A DNA stretch of 61,375 nt, the filler included, from Bacteriovoracaceae bacterium (GTDB taxonomy: Bacteria > Bdellovibrionota > Bacteriovoracia > Bacteriovoracales > Bacteriovoracaceae), in NCBI GenBank assembly GCA_018649885.1. It is 3 parts of 3 records of this genome, joined end to end, with 100 filler letters (N's around TTAATTAATTAA, not from the genome) between each part and the next. Parts side by side here need not be neighbours in the genome. Positions count along the whole stretch, not along the records: positions 1 to 29,780 come from JABIHA010000135.1; 2 more parts are not named here. One strand, given 5' to 3'. Under the pieces are notes generated by a model. That model was not told the DNA's origin, did no database searches, and saw only the letters and a list, made by a program, of their open reading frames with translations. Of this stretch, positions 10,658-21,155 are shown piece after piece; within the stretch, counting starts at the first letter, position 1; every line of letters begins with the position of its first letter. Position numbers and translations under genes: made by a program.

Positions 10658-11183
10658 ATGTTCTTAAAAGGGAAGGCCCTCACTTTGGGCCTGGTCATTT
10701 TATTTCCATTACAAGTTCAGGCCAAGAGCTTTGCAACTAAATTTTGTGAATTTGAGCTTCCGCCTGGTTGGGAATGTGCCCTTGAGGGCTCAGAATGGGT
10801 TTGCCAAAGCTCTAATAAGGATAGGAAGAGAGAGGCGATCATAATACTTGCGGCCAAGACTAGGAGAGAACTTAGGCGTTGCAGTGACATTTTCTGTAAC
10901 CAAAGATAGGTACTCCGATTATCAAAGTGTTTTTGAGGCCGTGGTTAGGACACTAAAAGTATTTGCTCAAAAGCAAAAATCAAATGGGCGAGTTAAATTT
11001 ATTGAAAATAATGATGACCAGCTTGGTACGTATATTCCTGACGGAGAAGAGTTTGGTACTAGCGGGCAACAACTCGGAAGTAGAGATAGGGGAGACTCTG
11101 ATAGCGAAAATCTAATTTTGATAGCACTAGTTGCTGCACTTGCAGGGTTTATAATCTGGAAGAAAAGAAAAGGCGGGAAATAG
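10658..11183 (+). pseudogene. Conserved secreted protein with C-terminal TM anchor, broken by a frameshift/deletion near 10864
   Basis: Signal peptide and FCEFELPPGWECALEGSEWVCQ in one frame; ENLGVAVTFSV through the TM and KKRKGGK in another frame. Confidence 0.7.
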
Positions 11184-11241
11184 AGGAAGTGGCCTTGATC
11201 ATTTAAATTAGTTTCATTTCTTCTCCTTTAGAACAACAAAG

Positions 11242-11261
11242 TGGACCCTCACAGGGGTCCA
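11242..11261. terminator. Hairpin TGGACCC/GGGTCCA followed by TTTT
   Basis: GC stem about 60 nt after the 11183 stop, short T-run. Confidence 0.45.
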
Positions 11262-11495
11262 TTTTGAGAACACATACTGATGGGGAAATTCTTCATCAAA
11301 TTCTCAGCCTTATTTCATACTCAATTAATAATTAAATAAATTTACTTAGCATGGCAAAATGCAAACCTTCGTTGGCGTATTTAAGTGTTTGATTTTATTA
11401 AGAATCCTTTACTCTCAATAAATCTAGTTACTTGTTGGAGGTGAAACCAGAAGAAATAAAATTGGTTTAAAATATAGGTTTAACATCGGAGCTAA

Positions 11496-14400
11496 ATGGG
11501 AAACTTTACTTTTTCTTCAGCTCATTTATTTTTACTCGCTACTCTATTAGTTGGCTGCAATGGAGGAGGCGGTGGCGGAGGAGGAGGAGGTGGATCTTCC
11601 GGTCGAACAGGTGCAGGCGGACCAGCTTCAGCGCCAGCACCAACAACTGCTGATACAACAAATCCTAGTCCCGCTACATCTGTTTCTCTAAAAGATTCAA
11701 TATGTACATTTCAATGGACTGCCCCTAGTGATGCAGATATCAATCGATATGAGGTGGCCGTTAGCACAGATCAAACTGCGACGAGCATTGTAGCAGGTTA
11801 TACTTTTTCAAAGGCTCCTGTGGCATTTAATGGTATCGGCACCACTGCGCAGTGGAGTCCAAACCTCTTACTTAGCCTCTCCACAGATTACTATTTTTTA
11901 ATAAAAGCGGTTGATCACTCTGGTAATAAATCGACACTTGCTACAACCAGTACTCATTTTTGGGTAACAACAACAGACCCTGCAACAGTAACTTGTGTTG
12001 GGCCATCTCTTATTAAACCAATAGATCAAACTGAAACAGGTGATGAAGATGTAAACCTCAACTTTACTCTTAATTCTGCAACTGTCACGGCCACTAATGA
12101 TACGGTTAAGTATGCTATTGTTACCGCCCCCGCAACAGGCACACTTACTAACTGCATGGACCTGGCAGGGTCAACTGGAGCAGGTGATGTGACATGTACC
12201 TACCTAGGCCCACTCAATGTCTATGGAGTTGCTGCTGCGAGCTTCACCTACCGAGTGTACACTGACCAAACAATACTAATGAGTGATGGGGACACCACTG
12301 TTACAATCAACCTAGATCCAATAAACGATGCACCAGTACTGATAGCTCCGACTAACAGACTCTATCCATTCACCGGGACAAATGACCCCATTAAACATGA
12401 TAATAATAATTACTTTGAAACCCTTATTTCCGACGTCGATGGGGACGCTTTTACTTCTAGTTGTACATATAAGACCATTGGATTGCACGCAGCTGATCCC
12501 AATGCCCAAGCGGCTGCCTTAGATTGTAACAATTTGATGTCTTTTACTTCTGTTAGTGGACAAATTTCCATAAAAAATGGTTTTAGTGGCGATATGAATT
12601 TAGCAGATAACACTGAGCTAAGTGTAGGCGATGTTGATTTAACCATCGCTATATGGGTTAAACCTACTAACCTGACAAATGGTACTGGAATTCTCGGGAA
12701 ATGGTCTGGTGCAAATGACGAGTATTCTATTTTGTATACAGGAAGCCGCTTCCAGTTTTCAGTTCAAAATAGTGCCTCTACTCAAACAGACGTTATCGCT
12801 AATAATTTTGGGGCCCCCAATAATGGTAGTTGGCATCTCATTATCGCTGAACACAATGCTAGCACTGACACTATTTCAATAAAAGTAAATAATGGTGCAA
12901 CAAACTCTTTGGCCCATGCAGACGGTATTAGAGATGGAACCAATGCTTTTGCAGTGGGAACTTTCATTCAAGGTGACAATGGTAAGGCGCTCTCTGGTGA
13001 TTATAGCACCCTAGCATTTTGGAAAAGAGTATTAACATCAGATGAAATGACGGCCATTTATAATAGCGGATTTGGCCTCAAATATGGTCAGTACGGAACT
13101 AATTTAAAAACAAATCTTGAGGCCGTTTACCAGTTTGATATTCCAGGCAATCTTGGACATAACAAACATGGAGTATTCAATCTTAATGTGGGCGCCAATA
13201 TAAAATCAAACCAAAGGAATGCAAGAATTATAGATAAGGCCAATTTCTTTGATGGTGTCTTAAGATGGAGGCCCATTTTCACCCAAATGGGAACCTATGA
13301 ATTCACTGTCACGGCAGATGATGGAACGATAACTGATTCAACAACATTTTATACTTCGATCCAACCCAGTTATGGTAAGGCCAATATGGTTGGCTCTTTT
13401 GACTCTCATTACACAGAAGGAAGTACAGGGATTCTTGTAGGCCTTCCAGTTGCACCTAGACTTGATGGCACAGCTAATGATGACAAAGATACTTGGCTTT
13501 CTCTGGGTGGTTCTAACGGTGATATTAGTGGATTTAATATTGCGACTCCTTGGCTGGGAAATGGCCTATACAATACACCTTATTCTCTAAATTTTTCGGG
13601 AGTAAGCGATGAAATGGATTTGGGGACACCGTTTAGTGGAATGAACCGCATAGGATTTTCAATGTGGATTAGGCCATCCGATGCATCACTTACCGATAAA
13701 ATAATTCTTGGCAATGGAGGCGAAACTGGAAATGGATTTGTATTGAAACAAAGCTCAGTTAGCTCGGGAAAACTTGCTTTTATTATGGGTAATCGAAACT
13801 ATCAAGCAATCGTTAATTCGCTTGACCCATATGTATATTATCGTCTTGGAGAGGGCGTAGGGCCAACGGCCATTAATTCTGCTGCCGGTGCCTCAACTTG
13901 TGGTGGCGCCTGTAATCTTACATATAATGGAAGTATTTTAGGAGGAGCTGGCGGTATTGAAGGGGATGCGAACACCTCAGCAAATTTTGACGGAGATGAT
14001 GATCTGAATGCTGGAAATATTCTTAACCTTGGAGCATATACAAAATCAGTTTGGGTAAAGCTGAATGGAGGAGTTCAAAATAACGTTATTTCGGGAGTTG
14101 ATGCAAATGGGCATGTATTGTGGATACCAGCTGCAGGAGGTGGGAGAGTAAAAGCGGGACACAATGGAGCTTGGTCAACACTTGCTTCACCAGGCCCGCT
14201 TCCAAACGGGGTTTGGCATCATATTGCTGTTAGCTATGATTCAGCTGTTGCAGGCGGGACACTAAAGTTATTTTTAAATGGTAAAAAAGTAGATATGATA
14301 TCTGGTTATGCTGCTCCAACAAGCTCTGGCACGTATATTGGTGCTTATAATGGAGGCAACTTCTTTACAGGTGATATTGATGAAGTCGCAATTTTTAACA

Positions 14401-15509
14401 GGGCGCTTTCTGAACAAGATATAAAGAAGTTAGGTTATATATGTTATTCAGAAGAAAAACTCATGAATGGAGAATGGGCAAATGTAGCAGGTTTTTATGA
14501 TGGTACAGATTCTGTTTTAATGATTAATGGAAAAATTCAATGCGCAGTTGATAATAGTGGGGCCCTTGCAAACGGTGTCACAAATTTATTCTTAGGAGGT
14601 AGCTCCGCAGGTACAAAGTCATTTCAAGGGGAAATTTCAGAATTTCAATTCTTTGCCAGAAGTGATGCCACAAATGCTATTGACACTACTGGCATTCAGG
14701 AAATATTCAATTATACGGCAGATAAATATCGGTCCACAACTTTGGAGGGGCTTGTCACTAAAGATATGATTTATCTATTTGACCCCGCTAACAATATTGG
14801 CAAAACCAAGTTTTCAGGGATAGCAGCTGCAGATTGCTCAAATCTGGACAGATTAGCAAGAGACACTACAAAAAATAGTAACGATGGCGTTTTATTTGGC
14901 CTTGACACATGTAATACCTTTGGGTGGCAAGGTGTGGGAACGCCCGCTAGTCCCTACAGACTATCGCTTGATGGCATTGGTGATTATGTAAAAATTCCGA
15001 ATGATCAGATAGCAGATGGGCTCAATGCATTTTCTTTTTCGGTGTGGCTAAAACCAGTAAATGTGCCATTTGGAAGTTTTGAGGGAATTTTCTCCAGAGG
15101 GAACGGCTCGCAAAGAACACCTTGGATCTATGGTTGGCAAGGGCAAAGGTATGCAACAATGAATATTGAAACAGTTTCAGGTGGAGCAAATGACATATCT
15201 ATCAATAGCGACAATCTCACAGCTGGAAATTGGCAGCACTTAGTCTTTACCTGGGATGGCACTTTTGCTTTCAGTTATCTCAATGGAGTAAAGTCCATAA
15301 ATAACGATACCAGCACGGGCAATACAATTGCTGTTTCAGGATGGGATGCCTTTCTTGGATACATTAATGGATTAGATTATTTTGAAGGAGATATGGGACC
15401 TATGATTATGTACCGAACTAATCTAAATGATGCAGAAGTTAGACAGAATTGTTTGGCCCAAGAGGGACGATTTACGGCGGTCCCACAAAGTATATGTGCT
15501 GCTCCTTAG
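11496..15509 (+). CDS. Large lipoprotein with FN3/Ig/cadherin-like and about four LamG (ConA-like) domains
   Basis: LLVGC lipobox, poly-Gly linker, NDAPV, WHHIAVSYD, FTGDIDEVAIFNRAL and WQHLVFTWDG motifs. Confidence 0.85.
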   Translation: MGNFTFSSAHLFLLATLLVGCNGGGGGGGGGGGSSGRTGAGGPASAPAPTTADTTNPSPATSVSLKDSICTFQWTAPSDADINRYEVAVSTDQTATSIVAGYTFSKAPVAFNGIGTTAQWSPNLLLSLSTDYYFLIKAVDHSGNKSTLATTSTHFWVTTTDPATVTCVGPSLIKPIDQTETGDEDVNLNFTLNSATVTATNDTVKYAIVTAPATGTLTNCMDLAGSTGAGDVTCTYLGPLNVYGVAAASFTYRVYTDQTILMSDGDTTVTINLDPINDAPVLIAPTNRLYPFTGTNDPIKHDNNNYFETLISDVDGDAFTSSCTYKTIGLHAADPNAQAAALDCNNLMSFTSVSGQISIKNGFSGDMNLADNTELSVGDVDLTIAIWVKPTNLTNGTGILGKWSGANDEYSILYTGSRFQFSVQNSASTQTDVIANNFGAPNNGSWHLIIAEHNASTDTISIKVNNGATNSLAHADGIRDGTNAFAVGTFIQGDNGKALSGDYSTLAFWKRVLTSDEMTAIYNSGFGLKYGQYGTNLKTNLEAVYQFDIPGNLGHNKHGVFNLNVGANIKSNQRNARIIDKANFFDGVLRWRPIFTQMGTYEFTVTADDGTITDSTTFYTSIQPSYGKANMVGSFDSHYTEGSTGILVGLPVAPRLDGTANDDKDTWLSLGGSNGDISGFNIATPWLGNGLYNTPYSLNFSGVSDEMDLGTPFSGMNRIGFSMWIRPSDASLTDKIILGNGGETGNGFVLKQSSVSSGKLAFIMGNRNYQAIVNSLDPYVYYRLGEGVGPTAINSAAGASTCGGACNLTYNGSILGGAGGIEGDANTSANFDGDDDLNAGNILNLGAYTKSVWVKLNGGVQNNVISGVDANGHVLWIPAAGGGRVKAGHNGAWSTLASPGPLPNGVWHHIAVSYDSAVAGGTLKLFLNGKKVDMISGYAAPTSSGTYIGAYNGGNFFTGDIDEVAIFNRALSEQDIKKLGYICYSEEKLMNGEWANVAGFYDGTDSVLMINGKIQCAVDNSGALANGVTNLFLGGSSAGTKSFQGEISEFQFFARSDATNAIDTTGIQEIFNYTADKYRSTTLEGLVTKDMIYLFDPANNIGKTKFSGIAAADCSNLDRLARDTTKNSNDGVLFGLDTCNTFGWQGVGTPASPYRLSLDGIGDYVKIPNDQIADGLNAFSFSVWLKPVNVPFGSFEGIFSRGNGSQRTPWIYGWQGQRYATMNIETVSGGANDISINSDNLTAGNWQHLVFTWDGTFAFSYLNGVKSINNDTSTGNTIAVSGWDAFLGYINGLDYFEGDMGPMIMYRTNLNDAEVRQNCLAQEGRFTAVPQSICAAP

Positions 15510-15613
15510 AGTTGGATTATTTTTCCATAGAGGACTACAGATAGGGGATAGTCATTACAGGTGCAAATATTAAATAAAGCATTAATTACTGAAATACAAA
15601 ATAGCGTCATTGA

Positions 15614-16906
15614 TTATTCAGTAAAAGCATTTCCTCCTTGGCCGTGAGTGGTCTGTGTAGAAAAACTTACATCTTTTATATGAAAAGTAGTAATTTCTTT
15701 TTCTCTAATCATTGCTTTTGGAGCAACCCTTTGAATTTCAATGTTTAGATCTTCAATGTGCTGGACAGCTTTTCCCATTTCAGAGTCTAGTCTACTGGCC
15801 TCAGAGAGTTGACATTTATTTCCTTTGATAATTGTGCTCATAAATTGTTTTGCTTCGAGGTTTTGTTTGCCAAATTTTTCTTTGGCCAGCGTGTATGTAT
15901 ATTGATGCTCTCTCATGACCGACATCAGTAACCTATCTACCAGACCATCTTGAGCTGTATCAAGGTGATCAATTTTGCCTAAAACTTGCTCCCAAGCGCT
16001 TAAGTAAATTTATATTTCTAATGAAGAACGGTATTTTGTTTGATATTGAAATTCGCCGTCGCTGGGAATACTTTTTGCATCTATATTATAGAGAGATCCA
16101 AAATCATTATAAAAAAATGTACCTGTGCGCAAAAGCATATTGGCAAGCTGATGGTAAGGATATGAATTGGCACGTCCTAATATGATTTTTTCGTCACTGC
16201 TCGAAACCTCTTCAAGTATGTGAGAGTAAAAAATATCATGTGAGGTGATATGATTATTAGAAGAGCAGTAGCCTTTAACAGACTGATTAAAATCTTCTTC
16301 CTTCATTACTAAACGTTTTCCCTCCCTTTGATTGTCTAAAGCAGTAAACTTAAAAACCTGTTTATGAAGTCTTTCTTCGGACTCGTAATCACCATAGAAC
16401 TGACTTTCCATGAAATCAGAGGATGTGTCTTCGACATTACTAAATTGTAGATGTGGTAAAAAATTATCCTTGTTATAGGCGTTAGGTCTAATGAAACTAA
16501 AATCGGCCAATTTTGAGTATCCTTGAGCATACATATGTATCTCTTTTGATATGACTTTTAAATCCGCCAAGTAATCAATTAGTTTTGATTCGTCTGTTGT
16601 TAAGAGTTGAGACGTTGCTGGTTTCAGAAAGAGTGCAGCTGATTTATATACAGCTGTTTGTTTTTCAGGAAGGCACCCTTTTTTTGTTACCACTCCTTAT
16701 TGATTAACAACTGCGATCTCACCACTATCCGAATATAAAAACTGTTCTTCATCTCCCTTTGGAAGTTTGATTAAATATTATTTCTTGCTTTCTGATATAA
16801 AATTAGTATAAATATCGCCAGTTTTTGGATCCTCCCAATTACCGGCAAAAACAACATTTGCTACGAGGGAGAGTGTGACTAATAACGATAGGTTAGATCT
16901 GCTCAT
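15614..16906 (-). pseudogene. Secreted hypothetical protein (431 codons) with three in-frame TAA stops
   Basis: ATG at 16906 with GGAGG RBS and signal peptide MSRSNLSLLVTLSLVANVVFA; one frame continues through TAA at 16780-16778, 16699-16697 and 16012-16010 to the stop at 15614. Confidence 0.7.
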
Positions 16907-17047
16907 TTTTCCTCCAATTCTCTTTTTGTTTCTCTATTTTAAGATAAGTTGTGAAAAAAAATGGAGAGAAATAGTTAGCGACTTCTCCTTATATCTTTAA
17001 TTCTAAATAAAATTCGTTTGTAGGGATTACTTTGGTCTAATTTAAAT

Positions 17048-18244
17048 TTAGCGCTGTTCCATTAAGTCAATTACCACCGGCTTAAGCTCTTCAGGAAGCA
17101 AGTAGGGCTCACGCTCTAGGGCAGTAATGGCCATATTGGTAACGTAAGGGGTGGCCATAGAAGTTCCACTCATAGACATTAGGCTTCCATCACACGCCAA
17201 AGATTCAATGTTGACTCCTGGAGCAAAAATATCCACTTGATGTCCGTAGTTACTAAAGAAGGCCATTTCACCATAGTCATTTACGGCGCCTACAATGATG
17301 GCATTTGGTGCTTGAACTTTGGGGAGGTCCTCCATTGAGAGTTCAATATCTTTACTATCATTGCCGGCAGCGATCACAAAAAGAGTTTCATAACTGCGTT
17401 CGATCATTTCTTGATAAAGCTCTCGATTTCCCTCAAGTAAAAGAGCTGCCATTTTACCAATTTGAATACTGGCATTTTTCTCATCGAGAAACCCTTCCAA
17501 CTGAAAGCCCACACTTAGGCTTAATCCTACAAATGTAGACATAAAATCTCCACCAAAGGACATATTTAATATTTGAATTTTCTTTTCCCGTAAATAGCTT
17601 TCAACTCGATTTAACCTCTGCCTTGTTTCTTTTAATTTTTTATCAAGTAACGGAAGAAGTCTGGGGTCTAGATCAATTTCTCTAAACTTTGTATTCATGG
17701 CCATTTCAATTTGTTTTTCTTCAGAGAGCTCAGTAATTGTGGAGTTGAATTTTTCTGATTCAAAACTAATAGGATAAAGTGCCGCCTGAGTATTTTTCAA
17801 AGCAATTCCCGCCACATGGTTTCCGTGGGAGAGATTTTCGAACTTCTGAATAGATTTTTTTTCTTCTTTATCAATGGTGTCCAAAAATGCTTGAGATTTT
17901 GCTGCTAAATCAAAATAACTCACCATCGTTATTGCCTCAAACGCAGAATATTTCAGCTTTAAATAAAATACAAAATTTTTGTTTTGAGATAAGTCAGGTA
18001 GCTCAGGCAATTGTTGACCTACATTTTCAATAGGATTGTATCCAACATGGTCATCAACAAACCCATTTTGATCATCATCAATTCCATTGTTTGGAATTTC
18101 AAATTTATTGACGACAACGTGATGTTCAAGAAAATTCCCGCGGTAGAAGATAGGCATATCCATCACACCAACTCGAACTCTAGAAAAGGCATTATTAATT
18201 AGTATTAGACACAAAAAGAGTATGCATAAAATTAAATTCTTCAT
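17048..18244 (-). CDS. Secreted S8 (subtilisin-like) serine peptidase
   Basis: VGVMD, SHGNHVAGI, AAGN and SGTSMATP motifs; NGIDDDQNGFVDD insert; signal peptide. Confidence 0.93.
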   Translation of the reverse strand: MKNLILCILFLCLILINNAFSRVRVGVMDMPIFYRGNFLEHHVVVNKFEIPNNGIDDDQNGFVDDHVGYNPIENVGQQLPELPDLSQNKNFVFYLKLKYSAFEAITMVSYFDLAAKSQAFLDTIDKEEKKSIQKFENLSHGNHVAGIALKNTQAALYPISFESEKFNSTITELSEEKQIEMAMNTKFREIDLDPRLLPLLDKKLKETRQRLNRVESYLREKKIQILNMSFGGDFMSTFVGLSLSVGFQLEGFLDEKNASIQIGKMAALLLEGNRELYQEMIERSYETLFVIAAGNDSKDIELSMEDLPKVQAPNAIIVGAVNDYGEMAFFSNYGHQVDIFAPGVNIESLACDGSLMSMSGTSMATPYVTNMAITALEREPYLLPEELKPVVIDLMEQR

Positions 18245-18423
18245 ATTAGGACATTGAAATAGGAAATTGCCATTGTCATCAGCTTAGAAAAAAATTCTCC
18301 TATCAATGAGTATGCAACCAGTTGAAATTTGGATATTGAGAGTATTTGTTAGAAATCTCATTCCCGCTATTTACAGGGATTGTCTTGCGGTGCGTGAGCC
18401 TTGTTGAACGAAAACAACTCCCA

Positions 18424-18478
18424 TTTACTTTACTTTGCTTTACTTTACTTTACTTTACTTTACTTCACTTTACTTTAC
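18424..18478 (+). repeat. (TTTAC)11 pentanucleotide microsatellite, two imperfect units
   Basis: Directly visible; ends 50 nt upstream of the kinase ATG at 18529. Confidence 0.9.
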
Positions 18479-18528
18479 TGAATGTTAGGCTGAAAATTTG
18501 ACTATAAAGGATCTTTAATTAGGGTGAA

Positions 18529-20990
18529 ATGACTAAGTTAATATTTGTACTATTCATGTTAATTTCAATCAATGTCCGGGCGGATAATAAAGGTAATAAG
18601 CTCCAGTTTAATAAGCAGGAGACGGAGTGGCTTAGGAAAAATCCGGTTGTTGATTTTACGGGGGATCCGAATTGGCTTCCGTTTGAGGCCTTTAATAAAA
18701 ATGGTCAGTATGTTGGAATTGTAGCAGATCATTTAAAGATTATTGAGAAAATTTCTGGTCTAAAGTTAAATAAAATTGTCACTAAAAGCTGGACCGAGTC
18801 GACTCGTAGGGCGAAAAATAAAACGGTCTCGATTCTTTCTGAAACTGATGACTCTGCCCTCAAGTCCCATCTCAATTTCACTGATTCTTATATTACCAAT
18901 CCTATTGTTATTGCCATGAGGCTTGATAATAATTACACTGAAAATATAGATAAGATTAAGGACAAGAAAGTAGCGCTGATTAAGGATTATGGTTACGCCA
19001 CCAAAATTCGGAAGAAATATTCTTATATTAAATTTGTGACTGTGGATGATATTAATGATGGTTTGGCCTCCGTCTCTACGGGGAAGGTGGATGCTCTTTT
19101 ATGTACTCTGGCCTTGTGTAGTTACACCATTGCTCAAATGGGAATTAGTAATGTTAAGATTACTGGGGAGACTGAGTTTGATACAAAACTGGCCTTCGGG
19201 ATTCAGAAGGATCTTCCAGAGCTGCTTTCTATTTTTAATAAATCAATTAAACATATTACTAATAAGCAACAGCAAAATATTTTACAGAAATGGATCAGTC
19301 CAAATCAGGAGGCGGTAACGGATTATACTTTGGTCTACCAGATATTTTCTGGGGCGGTACTTTTTATCCTCTTAGTTTTGCTTTGGAACCGACAGCTCTC
19401 GAAAGAAGTTGTCGCCCGTAAGAAGGTTGAAGAGGTCCTTGAGGAAAAGCAGATACAATTAGAAGGTCTTTTGAAGGGGCAAAGGGAAACAATACAATTG
19501 TTGTTTAACAATTCTCCCTTTGGCTTCGTCTTTTGTGACATGAATGGACTGATGATAGACATTAATAGTGAGTTCACCCGAATTACTAGTTACGATATTG
19601 ATGAGCTAAAAAAAATACTTATTGGAATTTAACCCCTGAAAAATATATGGATGATGAGGCTGAGCAGCTTCGGTTATTGGAAGAAACCGGCGCCTATGGT
19701 CCCTATCGGAAGGAGTACATTAAAAAAGATGGCACTACCGTTCCAGTCGAATTGAATGGTTTTATTATTGAAAACTATAATGGGGTGAAGGGAATCTTTT
19801 CCCTGGTTGAGGATATTTCGGAAAAAATCGCCACCGATCAAAAGATTGAGGTGCAAAGGAAAAAGCTTGTTCACTCTGCAAAACTGGCCTCTATTGGGGA
19901 GATGGCAGCAGGGGTTGGACATGAAATTAACAACCCTCTGGCCATTGCTATGGGAAATATTACTTTGATAAAACGTTTTTTGAAGTCGAAGGGAATTGTT
20001 AATGGAAATATGGATAGATACCTGGATAGTATTTCTTACGCTAATGAAAGAATTCGAAAGATTGTTGATGGCCTAAAGCTTTACTCCAGATTGGATTCTT
20101 CAATTTATAAAAAGGCCTCTATGAATGAGGCCATTCTTGAAACCTTTAAGCTGACCTCAGAAATTTATGAGAAGGATGGAATATTTATTAATTTTGATAA
20201 GGAAACTGAAGATTTGTTTATCAAAGGATCTTTGGGTGAGCTACAGCAGATACTGGTTAACTTATTAAGTAATGCCAAGGATGCTACCAAGGGTAAGAGT
20301 AATCGTGAAATTTTGATTGAGTTGGTTAAAAAAGGGGACTATGCCCAGCTTAGTATTAGTGATAATGGAAAAGGCATCCCAGATAATGTTAAGGAGCATA
20401 TCTTTGATCCTTTTTTTACGACAAAGGAACCAGGGAAAGGAACAGGTCTTGGACTTGGTCTGGTTTATGAACTGATTAAAAAAATGGATGGTGATATTTC
20501 AATAGAGTCTACGCCCGGTGAAGGAAGTACTTTTAAAATCTCTCTGCCTATTTTTACAGGCATTGAGGAAGTGGAAGAAGCTGTCCAGGAGAAGGTTAAG
20601 CCCCTGGTTAATATTAAAGGAAAGGCCCTGGTTGTAGATGATGAGGCAGATATTAGATTTTTACTTAAAGAGTTTTTAACCAATGCAGGGCTTGAGGTTG
20701 ATGTAGCCGATGATGGAGATTCCGGATTAGAGAAAACAAAGCTTAAGGAATATGACCTGATCTACACGGACATGAAAATGCCTAAAATGAATGGTGAAGA
20801 ATTCATCAATAAGGCCAAATTAATTCAACCGGAAAAAACTCGCTTTATTATTGTTACAGGCGGAGTAACAAAAGATTATACCAAAGAGGTTGGCGTCGAT
20901 CTCCATTCCCTGGCCGATGCTAATATCACTAAGCCTTTCTCAATAGAATCAATCGAAGTAACTCTGCGAAATTTTTTATCACACAGGTAA
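18529..20990 (+). pseudogene. BvgS/EvgS-like hybrid sensor kinase (PBPb-TM-PAS-HisKA-HATPase-REC) frameshifted at an A8 run (19608-19615)
   Basis: DPNWLPFE periplasmic domain; PAS split across frames (+1 nt gives LKKNTYWNLTPEKYMDD); GHEINNPL H-box; PFFTTK and GTGLGL; REC with VVDDE and DMKMP. Confidence 0.85.
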
Positions 20991-21109
20991 ATCGTTTTGA
21001 ATTTAAAAGAGAATGGCTCCTTTTCTCTTTTATCGTAAAGTGACTAATTTTTGGTCAGTAAAAAGTTCCCGTTTGCACACATAACCTCCTGTTATTATAT
21101 GTCAGAATA

Positions 21110-21125
21110 TGGCACTGGCCATGCA
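21110..21125 (+). promoter_or_regulatory. Putative sigma54 -24/-12 promoter
   Basis: TGGCAC-TGGCC-ATGCA with GG (21111-12)-N10-GC (21123-24), about 30 nt before the ATG at 21156. Confidence 0.5.
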
Positions 21126-21155
21126 CTTTACTCTATTATGATAAAAGGAATCAAA

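Noticed and set aside
15614..16906. Genome-wide TAA reassignment
   Set aside because: Many intact genes here end in TAA at the expected C-terminus (e.g. 20990, 21974, 52664)
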